The notes below the pieces were generated by a model that had not been told where the DNA came from, ran no database searches, and saw only the letters and a list, made by a program, of their open reading frames with translations. 64,000 nucleotides of DNA from Christensenellaceae bacterium (GTDB taxonomy: Bacteria > Bacillota > Clostridia > Christensenellales > CAG-138), in NCBI GenBank assembly GCA_022510765.1, contig JAFLSU010000005.1, forward strand, positions 7,310 through 71,309, in the 5' to 3' direction. The translations under genes were made by a program, and so were the position numbers. This document shows, piece after piece, positions 35,335-44,299 of the stretch (position 1 is the stretch's first letter; every line of letters starts with the position of its first letter).

Positions 35335-36327
35335 TCATTCTTCCCGATTTACAACACCCATGCCGTGGCGATACAACTGACGGTTTTCAAGCGCCCACTG
35401 TCTGTCCGTAAACTCACCCACGCCCACAGAATCAAGCGCATCGAACATTTCAAACAATCGTGCATCCAGCATATCGATATTGGATACTATTTCTGCTTCG
35501 GGAAACATCGGAGCCTTTGGCGAACCATACTCTGGTATGCTATGGTGTGAAAGCAGAATATGCGAAACCAGGGTTGTTACCTCCTGAGAAAGACTGATCT
35601 CGGCAGCCGCGCTCTGAACCATGGACATACCTATGGCGATATGTCCAAGAAGCTGACCCTCCGTGGTATATGCTGTCGCAAGCCCGATCTCGCCTACCTC
35701 AAGCTCCCTTGTCTTTGCGATGTCATGCAGTATTATACCCGTGTAAACAAGATCGCTGCAAAGTTCAGGATACAGTTTGGAATAAACCTCGACCACCTTC
35801 TTAGCCATGGAAAGCATTGTGTGCGTATGGTACATGAGTCCTCCGCGATGCGCATGGTGAAGCCGCAGCGCAGCAGGATATTTAATCATGCGTTCCTTGT
35901 TCTCACGCATCAGGTATCGGACAAGCCTTGATAATTCCTCGTTGCCAAATGAACCGGCAAAATCATATAACTCGCTATATAACACTTCGCCGTCCACAGG
36001 AGCGCTCGCCACGATCTGCGACATATCGACCGTATCCTCGTCCTTGATATGTCTTATCCTGTCGATTTTGAGCTGCTCCGCATCACGATAGAGATTTATC
36101 GTCGCGCGCACCTTTATCACTTCGCCAACGGAGTAAAGACCGTGGGCTGAGCTGCTGTAATCCCAAAGCTTGGCATTTATTTCTCCATCGGCATCGGCGA
36201 GGGTAAAATCAAGGTAGTCCGCTCCCTTGACATTCACCTTAAGCTGAACGCTCTTGATGATGCAGAAGCCCTCAACCTGGTTCGTCGCATGATTTATAAT
36301 ATTGGACAGAAGCCTCATTCTTCCCAT
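35335..36327 (-). CDS. yhaM: 3'-5' exoribonuclease YhaM (OB-fold + HD domain)
   Basis: 330 aa. OB-fold N-terminus (KGADYLDFTLADADGEINAKLWDY) and HD domain (HHAHRGGLMYHT, ILHDIAK). Confidence 0.85.
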   Translation of the reverse strand: MGRMRLLSNIINHATNQVEGFCIIKSVQLKVNVKGADYLDFTLADADGEINAKLWDYSSSAHGLYSVGEVIKVRATINLYRDAEQLKIDRIRHIKDEDTVDMSQIVASAPVDGEVLYSELYDFAGSFGNEELSRLVRYLMRENKERMIKYPAALRLHHAHRGGLMYHTHTMLSMAKKVVEVYSKLYPELCSDLVYTGIILHDIAKTRELEVGEIGLATAYTTEGQLLGHIAIGMSMVQSAAAEISLSQEVTTLVSHILLSHHSIPEYGSPKAPMFPEAEIVSNIDMLDARLFEMFDALDSVGVGEFTDRQWALENRQLYRHGMGVVNREE

Positions 36328-36371
36328 ACTTACGCTTTTCCTCTCTTAGGTTCGCACACTCATGGCGAGCA

Positions 36372-36938
36372 TTATTTATTGACATATTGTATGCATTCAA
36401 GTACACGAATATCATTTTTATTTACATCAAAAACCATACGGAGCTGCGTTGTCATCCCTTCGCTGTCGGTGAAATTGACCGCTGCTCTATAGTGTCCGTC
36501 GTCATCGAGCGTGACATCCTCTATTTCCGATGAAACGAAGTTTGATGGTTCCACTTTCACATAATAGTTCTGACCTATGCTGTACAGAGGAGAACTTCCA
36601 TCCGTACTGTAATTCTTATGTATCGCGGGTCCCATGCCGAATATGGATTCTACCATAGCGTCCGCTTCATCGAAGCTGACTCGTCCAAAGCCGTTTTCGC
36701 CCGCAGTAAGCTCATCATTATACAGGTAGTAAACAAACATCTCCAACTGGTTGGTATTGATAACATCGTCGCTGCTAAACTCTAACCCGCATTCGTAAAA
36801 TGCTTCGGCTACATTTATTAACTGCGCACTCTGTGTATCGTTTAACCCGTCCTGCTTTTTTCCACATGATATAAATGCCGCAGAAGCACTCAGCAGCGCG
36901 AGCATGAGAGCGAATGACCTGATTCTTTTCAACTTCAT
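36372..36938 (-). CDS. hypothetical lipoprotein
   Basis: Start MKLKRIRSFALMLALLSASAAFISCG (lipobox) at 36938 within track ORF 36372..37001. Confidence 0.6.
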   Translation of the reverse strand: MKLKRIRSFALMLALLSASAAFISCGKKQDGLNDTQSAQLINVAEAFYECGLEFSSDDVINTNQLEMFVYYLYNDELTAGENGFGRVSFDEADAMVESIFGMGPAIHKNYSTDGSSPLYSIGQNYYVKVEPSNFVSSEIEDVTLDDDGHYRAAVNFTDSEGMTTQLRMVFDVNKNDIRVLECIQYVNK

Positions 36939-37337
36939 CTTTACGTTCCTTTTCGTTCGTTCTTTAATATAAATACAGATGCGATAACACGCCGCCTGCA
37001 CATTGATATTTTAACATATTTTATTGCAGGTGCGCAAGTGCGCCGTATCAATTTCGCATCATTAAATATATTAGTTCTCTTTGTTTAGTTATTTTGCGAA
37101 CGCAATACAATGTACATAAGCGCAGAAAATATTTTTACTAATACAATAATTCTGATATAATGGATTTCCCAAAAATAAGGATTATCAGGTTTTTATACGA
37201 ATGATTAATGAAAGCTAACGTATGAAGGCGGTCAACTTTTACCTTAGAGATAAATTCGTATTTCGGTAACTCGGGTTCCGGTTGCGTTCCGAAACTTGTC
37301 GTGATACACAAAATTAATACTTTCAGGAGGTTCACCC

Positions 37338-37694
37338 ATGAACAAGAAACTTTTTTCACTCATCTGCTGCATAATTGCGGCATGCTCTTTGCTTTCAGGC
37401 TGCGCAAAAATAATGAACGCGGATAGAGACATATATAATGCTTGGATTGAACTGGAAGGCAGCGGTATTCATAACAATGAAAACTATGCAAGCGCTCCTG
37501 CGCAGATCGATGCAACCATCGGCGACCAGAGCATGAAACTGACATATGTTAGATCATATGACCTTCCCGGGCGCAGGGTCAACGAGTATACCAATGAGGA
37601 TGAGACGATCAAGGTGGGTTGTTATTCGGATGACGGGAGCATTGCATGGATCGAATATTCCGAATCTGTGTGCCCACTATCCCCGGCAACATGA
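37338..37694 (+). CDS. hypothetical lipoprotein
   Basis: MNKKLFSLICCIIAACSLLSGCAK (lipobox), GGAGG RBS. The stop overlaps the next ATG (ATGA at 37691-37694). Confidence 0.55.
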   Translation: MNKKLFSLICCIIAACSLLSGCAKIMNADRDIYNAWIELEGSGIHNNENYASAPAQIDATIGDQSMKLTYVRSYDLPGRRVNEYTNEDETIKVGCYSDDGSIAWIEYSESVCPLSPAT

Positions 37695-38236
37695 CCACGG
37701 AAGCGGAATACCGTGCATGGGTAGAGAATTACATCGCATCCCAAACGAAGGACGAGGATCTTTCCAAATATACCTATTCCTGCACCACCCAGTGCAATGA
37801 ATTCGGAGACGATTATTCCGGATTGGTTAACAAGGATTACTTCTACGTACCCACAGCCGAGAATGAAACTATACTTACATATGAATTCAGCTACACCACA
37901 ACGGTCGGCGGCTACAATACGGATGATGAGATCAGGGTTCTTATCTTCCATTCTGAGGAAGATATTGCGCCCAAGTATGGTGTTTTCTCTATTTCCTTTA
38001 ACAGGCATCGCTTTGACAAGCTTAGCTCAGTGAATATCAGCAGCGATAAGGTCAAAAGAACAGTGAAAGACCTGCTAAAACGCACTTATAGACAGTATGG
38101 GCAAATTGTAAAATCATTTAACATCGAGAATTCAGCCCTGATTTTTAAAAATGGCAAACTTTGCCTGTTATGTCTCGTTGAAGTAGATTCTAAAAAATAT
38201 GCTACGATAGAATGCGTCACCATTGAGATCCCTTAA
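37691..38236 (+). CDS. hypothetical protein (translationally coupled to, or frameshifted continuation of, the preceding lipoprotein gene)
   Basis: Track ORF 37646..38236. The ATG at 37691 forms an ATGA overlap with the upstream stop. MTTEAEYRAWVENYIASQTKDEDL... Confidence 0.5.
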   Translation: MTTEAEYRAWVENYIASQTKDEDLSKYTYSCTTQCNEFGDDYSGLVNKDYFYVPTAENETILTYEFSYTTTVGGYNTDDEIRVLIFHSEEDIAPKYGVFSISFNRHRFDKLSSVNISSDKVKRTVKDLLKRTYRQYGQIVKSFNIENSALIFKNGKLCLLCLVEVDSKKYATIECVTIEIP

Positions 38237-38459
38237 GACTGCTATACAATGACGGATTAAAGCATTGCATTGCGCAACGAACTCGAATACTCCTGCCTGT
38301 GTAAACCATCCATGTTTTGGTACACAGGCATTTCGTTTGCAAATGTGTGCCAATAAAAAAGCATCGCATTCATAGCATTTTTCATCACAATATGCTGCAG
38401 TAAAAGCTGCTTGCACACACTTCAATGAAATATATATGCAAATAATTCATATCTGCCTA

Positions 38460-38489
38460 TTGACAAAAATGGAGAATTAATGATATACT
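38460..38489 (+). promoter_or_regulatory. promoter of the lysine-riboswitch leader
   Basis: TTGACA (38460-38465), 18 nt spacer, TATACT (38484-38489). Confidence 0.5.
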
Positions 38490-38492
38490 TTT

Positions 38493-38645
38493 CGGCGAAT
38501 AGAGGCGCAGGGGTTGAGGTAGCTTCAGCGTGTTCGGGGCGGTTCCCGGCTGAAGATGAATGCATCCCTTGCCGAAAGCGTGGTGGAGTAACCGCATTCC
38601 CCGTGCTTGGGCGCAGTACCCAGCGTACTGCGACTGTCATCCGTT
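38493..38645 (+). ncRNA. lysine riboswitch (L-box) aptamer
   Basis: L-box hallmarks are present in the right order: ATAGAGGCGC, GAGGTAG, GCTTCAGC...GGCTGAAG helix, TTGCCGAAAG, GGTGGAGTAACC, the perfect P5 hairpin CGCAGTAC-ccagc-GTACTGCG, and a closing ACTGTCAT. Confidence 0.85.
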
Positions 38646-38655
38646 TTTCGAGATG

Positions 38656-38707
38656 AAGCGCTATTTATATGGGCTGCGGCTCGTATCGATAGCGCCTTTT
38701 TATTTTT
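38656..38707 (+). terminator. intrinsic terminator of the L-box expression platform
   Basis: AAGCGCTAT ... ATAGCGCC stem followed by TTTTTATTTTT. Lies 75 nt upstream of the kal start. Confidence 0.65.
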
Positions 38708-38782
38708 GCGGCGAAATTATACGGCGGCAATTCATTTGAAAAAGAGTAGTTTTACTATCTTACAACAGGAGGAATTCATATA

Positions 38783-39175
38783 ATGGAAGAAAAGATCACA
38801 TCCACGATCCGGCTCCGCATGAGCTCCCAGGATGCTCATTACGGCGGAAACCTTGTAGACGGTGCGCATATGCTCGCACTCTTCGGCGACGTTGCGACCG
38901 AGCTGCTCATCAAGTGCGACGGTGACGAAGGTCTGTTCAAAGCTTATGACATGGTCGAGTTCATCGCCCCCGTCTATGCTGGCGATTATATCGAAGCATA
39001 CGGCGAAATTACCAAGATCGGCAACAGCTCCCGCAGGATGAGCTTCGAGGCGCGCAAGGTGATCGTCCCCCGCCCCGACATCAACGAATCCGCATGCGAT
39101 TTTCTTGAGGAACCCATCGTCGTCTGCCGTGCGACCGGCACTTGCGTGGTGCCAAGGGAAAAGCAGCGTAAGTAA
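38783..39175 (+). CDS. kal: 3-aminobutyryl-CoA ammonia-lyase (hotdog fold)
   Basis: 130 aa. The size, the sequence ([29 protein letters not shown]...) and the position in a kce-kdd-kamA-kamDE cluster all fit Kal of the lysine fermentation pathway. Confidence 0.75.
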   Translation: MEEKITSTIRLRMSSQDAHYGGNLVDGAHMLALFGDVATELLIKCDGDEGLFKAYDMVEFIAPVYAGDYIEAYGEITKIGNSSRRMSFEARKVIVPRPDINESACDFLEEPIVVCRATGTCVVPREKQRK

Positions 39176-39261
39176 GCTTTTCCCTTTGGGATAAGCAGCG
39201 CAAATAAGCTTTTTTCCCTTAGGATTTCAGCAGCAGAATTAACCGAAAGGACTATATAGAT

Positions 39262-40089
39262 ATGGAAAAGCTCATTATTACCGCATGTATCTGCGGCGCA
39301 GAGGTCACAAAGGAACACAATCCCGCAGTCCCCTACACCGTTGAGGAGATCGCGAACGAGGCCTATGCCGCATATAAGGCCGGCGCAAGCATCATTCATC
39401 TTCATGTTCGCTACGATGACGGCACCCCCACCCAGGACAAGGCAAGGTTTAAGGAGTGCATAGACGCTATCTACGCGAAATGCCCCGATGTCATCATCCA
39501 GCCCTCAACGGGCGGCGCGGTCGGCATGACCGATGACGAGAGGCTTCAGCCGATCGAGCTTATGCCCGAAATGGCGACCCTCGATTGCGGAACCTGCAAT
39601 TTCGGCGGTGATGATATTTTCGTCAACACCGAAAACACCATCAAGTACTTTGGCGAGCGCATGATCGAAAGAAACATCAAGCCCGAGGTCGAGGTCTTCG
39701 ACAAGGGAATGATCGACATGGCTATCCGCCTCAATAAAAAGGGTTACATCAAGAGCCCCATGCATTTCGATTTCGTAATGGGCGTAAACGGCGGCATCAG
39801 CGGCACACCCCGTGATCTTCTTTTCATGGCTGAAAGCATTCCCGCAGGCTCCACCTTCACCGTTGCAGGTGTCGGAAGAACCGAGTTCCCCATGGCAGTC
39901 ATGGGAATCCTGCTCGGCGGTCACGTCAGGGTGGGCTTTGAAGATAATGTATACCTTGAAAAGGGCGTTCTCGCTAAGAGCAACGCGGAACTGGTGGAGA
40001 AAGTCGTCCGCCTCGCCAAGGAACTAGGCAGGGAGATAGCTACCCCCGCTGAAGCAAGAGAAATTCTCGGTATTGCACCCCGAGCATAA
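39262..40089 (+). CDS. kce: 3-keto-5-aminohexanoate cleavage enzyme (BKACE/DUF849 family)
   Basis: 275 aa. MEKLIITACICGAEVTKEHNPAVPYTVEEIANEAYAAYKAGASIIHLHVR is the family N-terminus. Confidence 0.85.
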   Translation: MEKLIITACICGAEVTKEHNPAVPYTVEEIANEAYAAYKAGASIIHLHVRYDDGTPTQDKARFKECIDAIYAKCPDVIIQPSTGGAVGMTDDERLQPIELMPEMATLDCGTCNFGGDDIFVNTENTIKYFGERMIERNIKPEVEVFDKGMIDMAIRLNKKGYIKSPMHFDFVMGVNGGISGTPRDLLFMAESIPAGSTFTVAGVGRTEFPMAVMGILLGGHVRVGFEDNVYLEKGVLAKSNAELVEKVVRLAKELGREIATPAEAREILGIAPRA

Positions 40090-40153
40090 GAAATCGGACT
40101 ATATCCTATTGGATATCGTCTAAAAATAACATAACTTTTAGGAGGAAAATATT

Positions 40154-41194
40154 ATGGCACTCAAAGGCAACAAATACGGTACTCATAGGGTCATCGAACC
40201 CCAGGGCGTTCTCACTCAGGCAGCATGGAAGATTGACAACGACATGACCAAGCGTTATTCCAACGAAATCATCTGCGACGTTATCTCCCTCAACATTGAC
40301 TCCGCTTCCTTCACCCAGATCGAAGAAGCCTGCGGCGGCGATGAGCAGAAGATCGGCGAAATGATCATGGGCATCGTCGGTGAGCGCGGCAAGCAGCAGA
40401 ACCCCGTGACCGGCTCCGGCGGCATGTTCATCGGTAAGGTCGCATACATCGGCGAGGACCTTCAGGATCGCGACCTCAAGGTTGGCGACAAGATCGCATC
40501 CCTCGTATCCCTCTCCCTCACCCCGCTCAAGATCGAGAAGATCCTTGCCATCCACAAGGACATCGACCGCGTTGACATCGTAGGTCAGGCCGTTCTGTTT
40601 GAAAGCGGCATCTATGCAAAGCTGCCCGATGATATGAGCGAACCCCTCGCACTCGCAGCTCTCGACGTTGCAGGCGCACCCGCGCAGGCCCGCAAGCTCC
40701 CCAAGGAGGGCGACAGCGTTCTCATCCTCGGCGCAAACGGCAAGAGCGGCGTTCTCTGCGGCTATGAAGCGATGAAGAAGGTCGGCCCGAACGGCAACGT
40801 CGTCGGTGTCGTCCGCAACCCCAAGCAGGTTGACGCTCTCATGGAGCTCGGCGTATACAATAAGGTCATCGTTGCAAGCGCAACCGAACCCATCGCAGTC
40901 CTCGAAGCTGCACTCGAAGCAAACGACGGCAAGGAATATGATATTTCGATCAGCTGTGTAAACGTTGAAAGCTGCGAAATGAGCGCGATCCTCCCCGTTC
41001 GCGATGACGGTATCGTCTATTTCTTCTCCATGGCTACCAGCTTCACCAAGGCCGCTCTCGGCGCAGAAGGCATCGGCAAGGATGTTACCATGATCGTCGG
41101 CAACGGCTACACCAAGGAACATGCGGAAATCACCCTCAATGTTCTCCGTGAGAACGAGAAGCTCCGCAAACTCTTCGATGAAAAATATTGCTAA
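40154..41194 (+). CDS. kdd: L-erythro-3,5-diaminohexanoate dehydrogenase
   Basis: 346 aa. MALKGNKYGTHRVIEPQGVLTQAAWKIDN..., with a Rossmann motif ILGANGKSG. Cluster context supports the call. Confidence 0.8.
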   Translation: MALKGNKYGTHRVIEPQGVLTQAAWKIDNDMTKRYSNEIICDVISLNIDSASFTQIEEACGGDEQKIGEMIMGIVGERGKQQNPVTGSGGMFIGKVAYIGEDLQDRDLKVGDKIASLVSLSLTPLKIEKILAIHKDIDRVDIVGQAVLFESGIYAKLPDDMSEPLALAALDVAGAPAQARKLPKEGDSVLILGANGKSGVLCGYEAMKKVGPNGNVVGVVRNPKQVDALMELGVYNKVIVASATEPIAVLEAALEANDGKEYDISISCVNVESCEMSAILPVRDDGIVYFFSMATSFTKAALGAEGIGKDVTMIVGNGYTKEHAEITLNVLRENEKLRKLFDEKYC

Positions 41195-41286
41195 TTGATT
41201 GATTTTACCCGATATTGGGGTCACACCCATATCGGGTAAAACAAATTTTTATCCCATATACGGTATACCGCAAAAGGAGATTATCC

Positions 41287-42555
41287 ATGAATAAAAGTAG
41301 GCAGTACGGCCTTTTCACCGATGTACCCGATGAGCTCTGGAACGACTGGCATTGGCAGGTTCAGAATCGAATCGAAACGCTTGACGAACTCAAAAAGTAC
41401 ATTAAGCTCACCCCAGAGGAGGAGGATGGCGTTGCGCAATGTCTCGGTACCCTCCGCATGGCAATAACCCCCTATTACCTCTCCCTCATCAACCCCGATG
41501 ATCCGTATGATCCCATTCGCCGTCAATGCATCCCTTCTGCAGCGGAACTGTATCAGGCACCGGAGGATCAGCTTGACCCCCTGCATGAGGATACCGACTC
41601 CCCTGTCCCCGGTCTCACCCATCGTTACCCCGACAGGGTTCTGTTCCTCATCACCGACCAGTGTTCGATGTACTGCCGTCATTGCACAAGGCGCAGGTTC
41701 GCGGGACAGCATGATACCGCAGTCCCCACATCACAGATAGAAGCCTGTCTTGAATACATTCGCAATCATCCCGAGGTGCGCGACGTTCTGCTATCAGGCG
41801 GCGATGCATTGATGCAGAACGATGACAGGCTTGAATATATCATCAGCGAACTTCGCAAGATTCCCCACGTTGAGATCGTCCGCATTGGCAGCAGAACCCC
41901 CGTTGTCATGCCTCAGAGGATCACTCCCGAATTGTGTGCGATGCTCAAAAAGTATCATCCCATCTGGCTGAACACCCATTTCAATCACCCCGACGAGATC
42001 ACCGAGGAGAGCAAGCGTGCGTGCGAAATGCTATCCGATGCAGGCATCCCTCTCGGCAATCAGAGCGTCCTTCTTGCGGGCGTAAACGACTGCGTACATG
42101 TGATGAAGAAGCTCGTCCATGAGCTGGTCAGGATCCGCGTCCGCCCGTACTACATCTATGTTTGCGACCTTTCGATGGGACTCACACATTTCCGTACCCC
42201 CGTCAGCAAGGGCATCGAGATAATCGAAGGTCTGCGCGGACATACCAGCGGCTACTGCATTCCGACTTTCGTCGTTGACGCACCCGGCGGCGGCGGAAAG
42301 ACTCCCGTTATGCCGAATTATGTAATCAGTCAGACCCCGAGAAAGACCATCCTTCGCAATTTCGAAGGCGTTATCACGACCTACACCGAGCCGGAGCATT
42401 ACGAAAACATATGTCATTGCGAAGAATGCCGCAAAGCTCGTGGCGAACAGCCGAATCATATCGGCGTTGCCGGGCTTGAGCAGGGCAGACTTGACGGTAA
42501 GATCTCACTTGAACCCTCAGATCTTGAGAGACTTAAGAGGGGCCGTCACGAGTAA
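41287..42555 (+). CDS. kamA: L-lysine 2,3-aminomutase (radical SAM, PLP)
   Basis: Start MNKSRQY at 41287 (AAAGGAGA RBS). CSMYCRHCTRRR radical-SAM cluster and HFNHP. 422 aa. Confidence 0.93.
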   Translation: MNKSRQYGLFTDVPDELWNDWHWQVQNRIETLDELKKYIKLTPEEEDGVAQCLGTLRMAITPYYLSLINPDDPYDPIRRQCIPSAAELYQAPEDQLDPLHEDTDSPVPGLTHRYPDRVLFLITDQCSMYCRHCTRRRFAGQHDTAVPTSQIEACLEYIRNHPEVRDVLLSGGDALMQNDDRLEYIISELRKIPHVEIVRIGSRTPVVMPQRITPELCAMLKKYHPIWLNTHFNHPDEITEESKRACEMLSDAGIPLGNQSVLLAGVNDCVHVMKKLVHELVRIRVRPYYIYVCDLSMGLTHFRTPVSKGIEIIEGLRGHTSGYCIPTFVVDAPGGGGKTPVMPNYVISQTPRKTILRNFEGVITTYTEPEHYENICHCEECRKARGEQPNHIGVAGLEQGRLDGKISLEPSDLERLKRGRHE

Positions 42556-42614
42556 TTCTCGGGCGCAGCAGGTCTTACATAGACCTCCCGCTCAGCATTC
42601 TCAGAGAATCTTGA

Positions 42615-42642
42615 CTGCGGATAAATGTATCTTTATCCGCAG
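42615..42642 (+). other. perfect 11-bp hairpin in the kamA-kamD spacer
   Basis: CTGCGGATAAA-tgtatc-TTTATCCGCAG followed by CCTTAATTT (poor U-tract). Confidence 0.5.
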
Positions 42643-42742
42643 CCTTAATTTAAAATATTTTAATACTCATTGCAATAGAGCAGCTTCATGTTTTAGTAAT
42701 GCTCTTGCACCTATTATTTTTATAAAGGAGGATAAGCAGTAG

Positions 42743-44299
42743 ATGGAAAGCAAACTTAACCTCAACAGAAATCTTGTCGATAAAGCGAGGGAATCCGCAA
42801 AGCATATCGCAGAGGATACCCAAAGCTTTATTGACCTTCATACGACTGTAACGGTCGAACGTGCGGTTTGCCGCCTTCTCGGCATCGACGGTGTAAACGC
42901 GCTCGAAGTTCCCCTTCCCAACGTCGTTGTAGATCATCTCTTCGACAAGGGGCTGCTCAGCGGCGGCGCTGCCTATTATATCGGCAACGCAATGGCTGAA
43001 ACCGGCCTTGATCCCCAGCAGATTGCGGAAGGCATCGATAATGGCGAAATCGACCTTTCCAAGGTGGCTCCCCACAGCATTGATGAAATTCGTGCCGCAA
43101 TCATGCCGGTTGCGGAAGCAACTACGGATCGTATTCGCGGCAATGTCGCAAAGCGCAAGGAATACCTCAATGAATTTGGCGATAAAGAGGGTCCTTACCT
43201 CTATGTTATCGTTGCAACCGGCAATATTTACGAGGATATAACCCAAGCAAAGGCTGCGGCAAAGCAGGGCGCGGACATAATCGCGGTCATCCGCACCACG
43301 GGTCAGAGCCTACTCGACTATGTTCCCTACGGCGCAACGACCGAGGGCTTCGGCGGCACCTATGCAACGCAGGAGAATTTTCGTCTCATGCGTGCCGCTC
43401 TTGATGAAGTAGGCGAACAGGAGCATCGCTACATCCGCCTGTGCAACTACTGCTCGGGTCTGTGTATGCCTGAAATTGCTGCCATGGGCGCACTTGAAAG
43501 GCTCGATGTCATGCTGAACGATGCGCTTTACGGCATACTGTTCCGCGACATCAATATGCAGCGCACCATCATCGATCAGTACTTCAGCCGTGTAATCAAC
43601 AGCTTTGCAGGCGTTATCATCAATACGGGCGAAGATAATTATCTCACCACCGCCGACGCAGTAGAAGAAGCGCATACCGTACTCGCTTCCCAGTTCCTCA
43701 ATGAACAGTTTGCACTAAAAGCCGGACTTCCCGAGGAGCAGATGGGACTTGGCCATGCGTTTGAAATCTCGCCCGATGTCGAAAACGGTTTCCTCTATGA
43801 GCTTGCACAGGCACAGATGGCGCGAGAGATATTCCCCAACGCTCCGCTTAAGTACATGCCCCCCACCAAATTCATGACGGGCAATATCTTCCGCGGACAT
43901 GTGCAGGACGCATTGTTTAACATGGTAACGATTCTGACGGGACAGAAGCTGCACCTTCTCGGTATGCTCACAGAAGCCATCCATACCCCCTTTATGAGCG
44001 ACCGCGCACTTTCAATCGAGAACGCACAGTACATCTTCCGCACCATGCAGGATCTCGGAAGCGAGATTTCCTTCAAGGACGGCGGCATCATGCAGACGAG
44101 AGCGAATACCGTTCTTCAAAAGGCCACCGATCTGCTCGGCGAAATCGAGCATATGGGACTGTTCGCAACGCTTGAAAAGGGTGTGTTTGCGGATATTAAA
44201 CGTCCTAGGGACGGAGGCAAGGGTCTCAGCGGAGTCGTTTCCAAGGATGAATGCTATTTCAATCCCTTTATCGAGCTTATGAAAGGCGGTGAAGCATAA
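42743..44299 (+). CDS. kamD: beta-lysine (D-lysine) 5,6-aminomutase alpha subunit
   Basis: 518 aa. Fits by size and position, and is immediately followed by the B12-binding subunit. AAGGAGGA RBS. Confidence 0.85.
   Translation: MESKLNLNRNLVDKARESAKHIAEDTQSFIDLHTTVTVERAVCRLLGIDGVNALEVPLPNVVVDHLFDKGLLSGGAAYYIGNAMAETGLDPQQIAEGIDNGEIDLSKVAPHSIDEIRAAIMPVAEATTDRIRGNVAKRKEYLNEFGDKEGPYLYVIVATGNIYEDITQAKAAAKQGADIIAVIRTTGQSLLDYVPYGATTEGFGGTYATQENFRLMRAALDEVGEQEHRYIRLCNYCSGLCMPEIAAMGALERLDVMLNDALYGILFRDINMQRTIIDQYFSRVINSFAGVIINTGEDNYLTTADAVEEAHTVLASQFLNEQFALKAGLPEEQMGLGHAFEISPDVENGFLYELAQAQMAREIFPNAPLKYMPPTKFMTGNIFRGHVQDALFNMVTILTGQKLHLLGMLTEAIHTPFMSDRALSIENAQYIFRTMQDLGSEISFKDGGIMQTRANTVLQKATDLLGEIEHMGLFATLEKGVFADIKRPRDGGKGLSGVVSKDECYFNPFIELMKGGEA

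Noticed and set aside
38168-38425. 85-aa Cys-rich minus-strand ORF between the lipoprotein genes and the L-box promoter
   Set aside because: It has no RBS, overlaps the 3' end of the 37691..38236 gene, and has no recognisable fold. I treat it as spurious, with low certainty.
40106-41230. 374-aa minus-strand ORF covering the whole kdd gene
   Set aside because: It is an antisense shadow of a GC3-rich gene. The translation is low-complexity (A/V/D/G/L-rich) with no motif and no RBS. The plus-strand product is recognisable and fits the operon.
42556-42742. Cobalamin riboswitch upstream of the B12-dependent kamDE genes
   Set aside because: The spacer is only 187 nt. It lacks the B12-box and the multi-helix core, and shows only a single simple hairpin.
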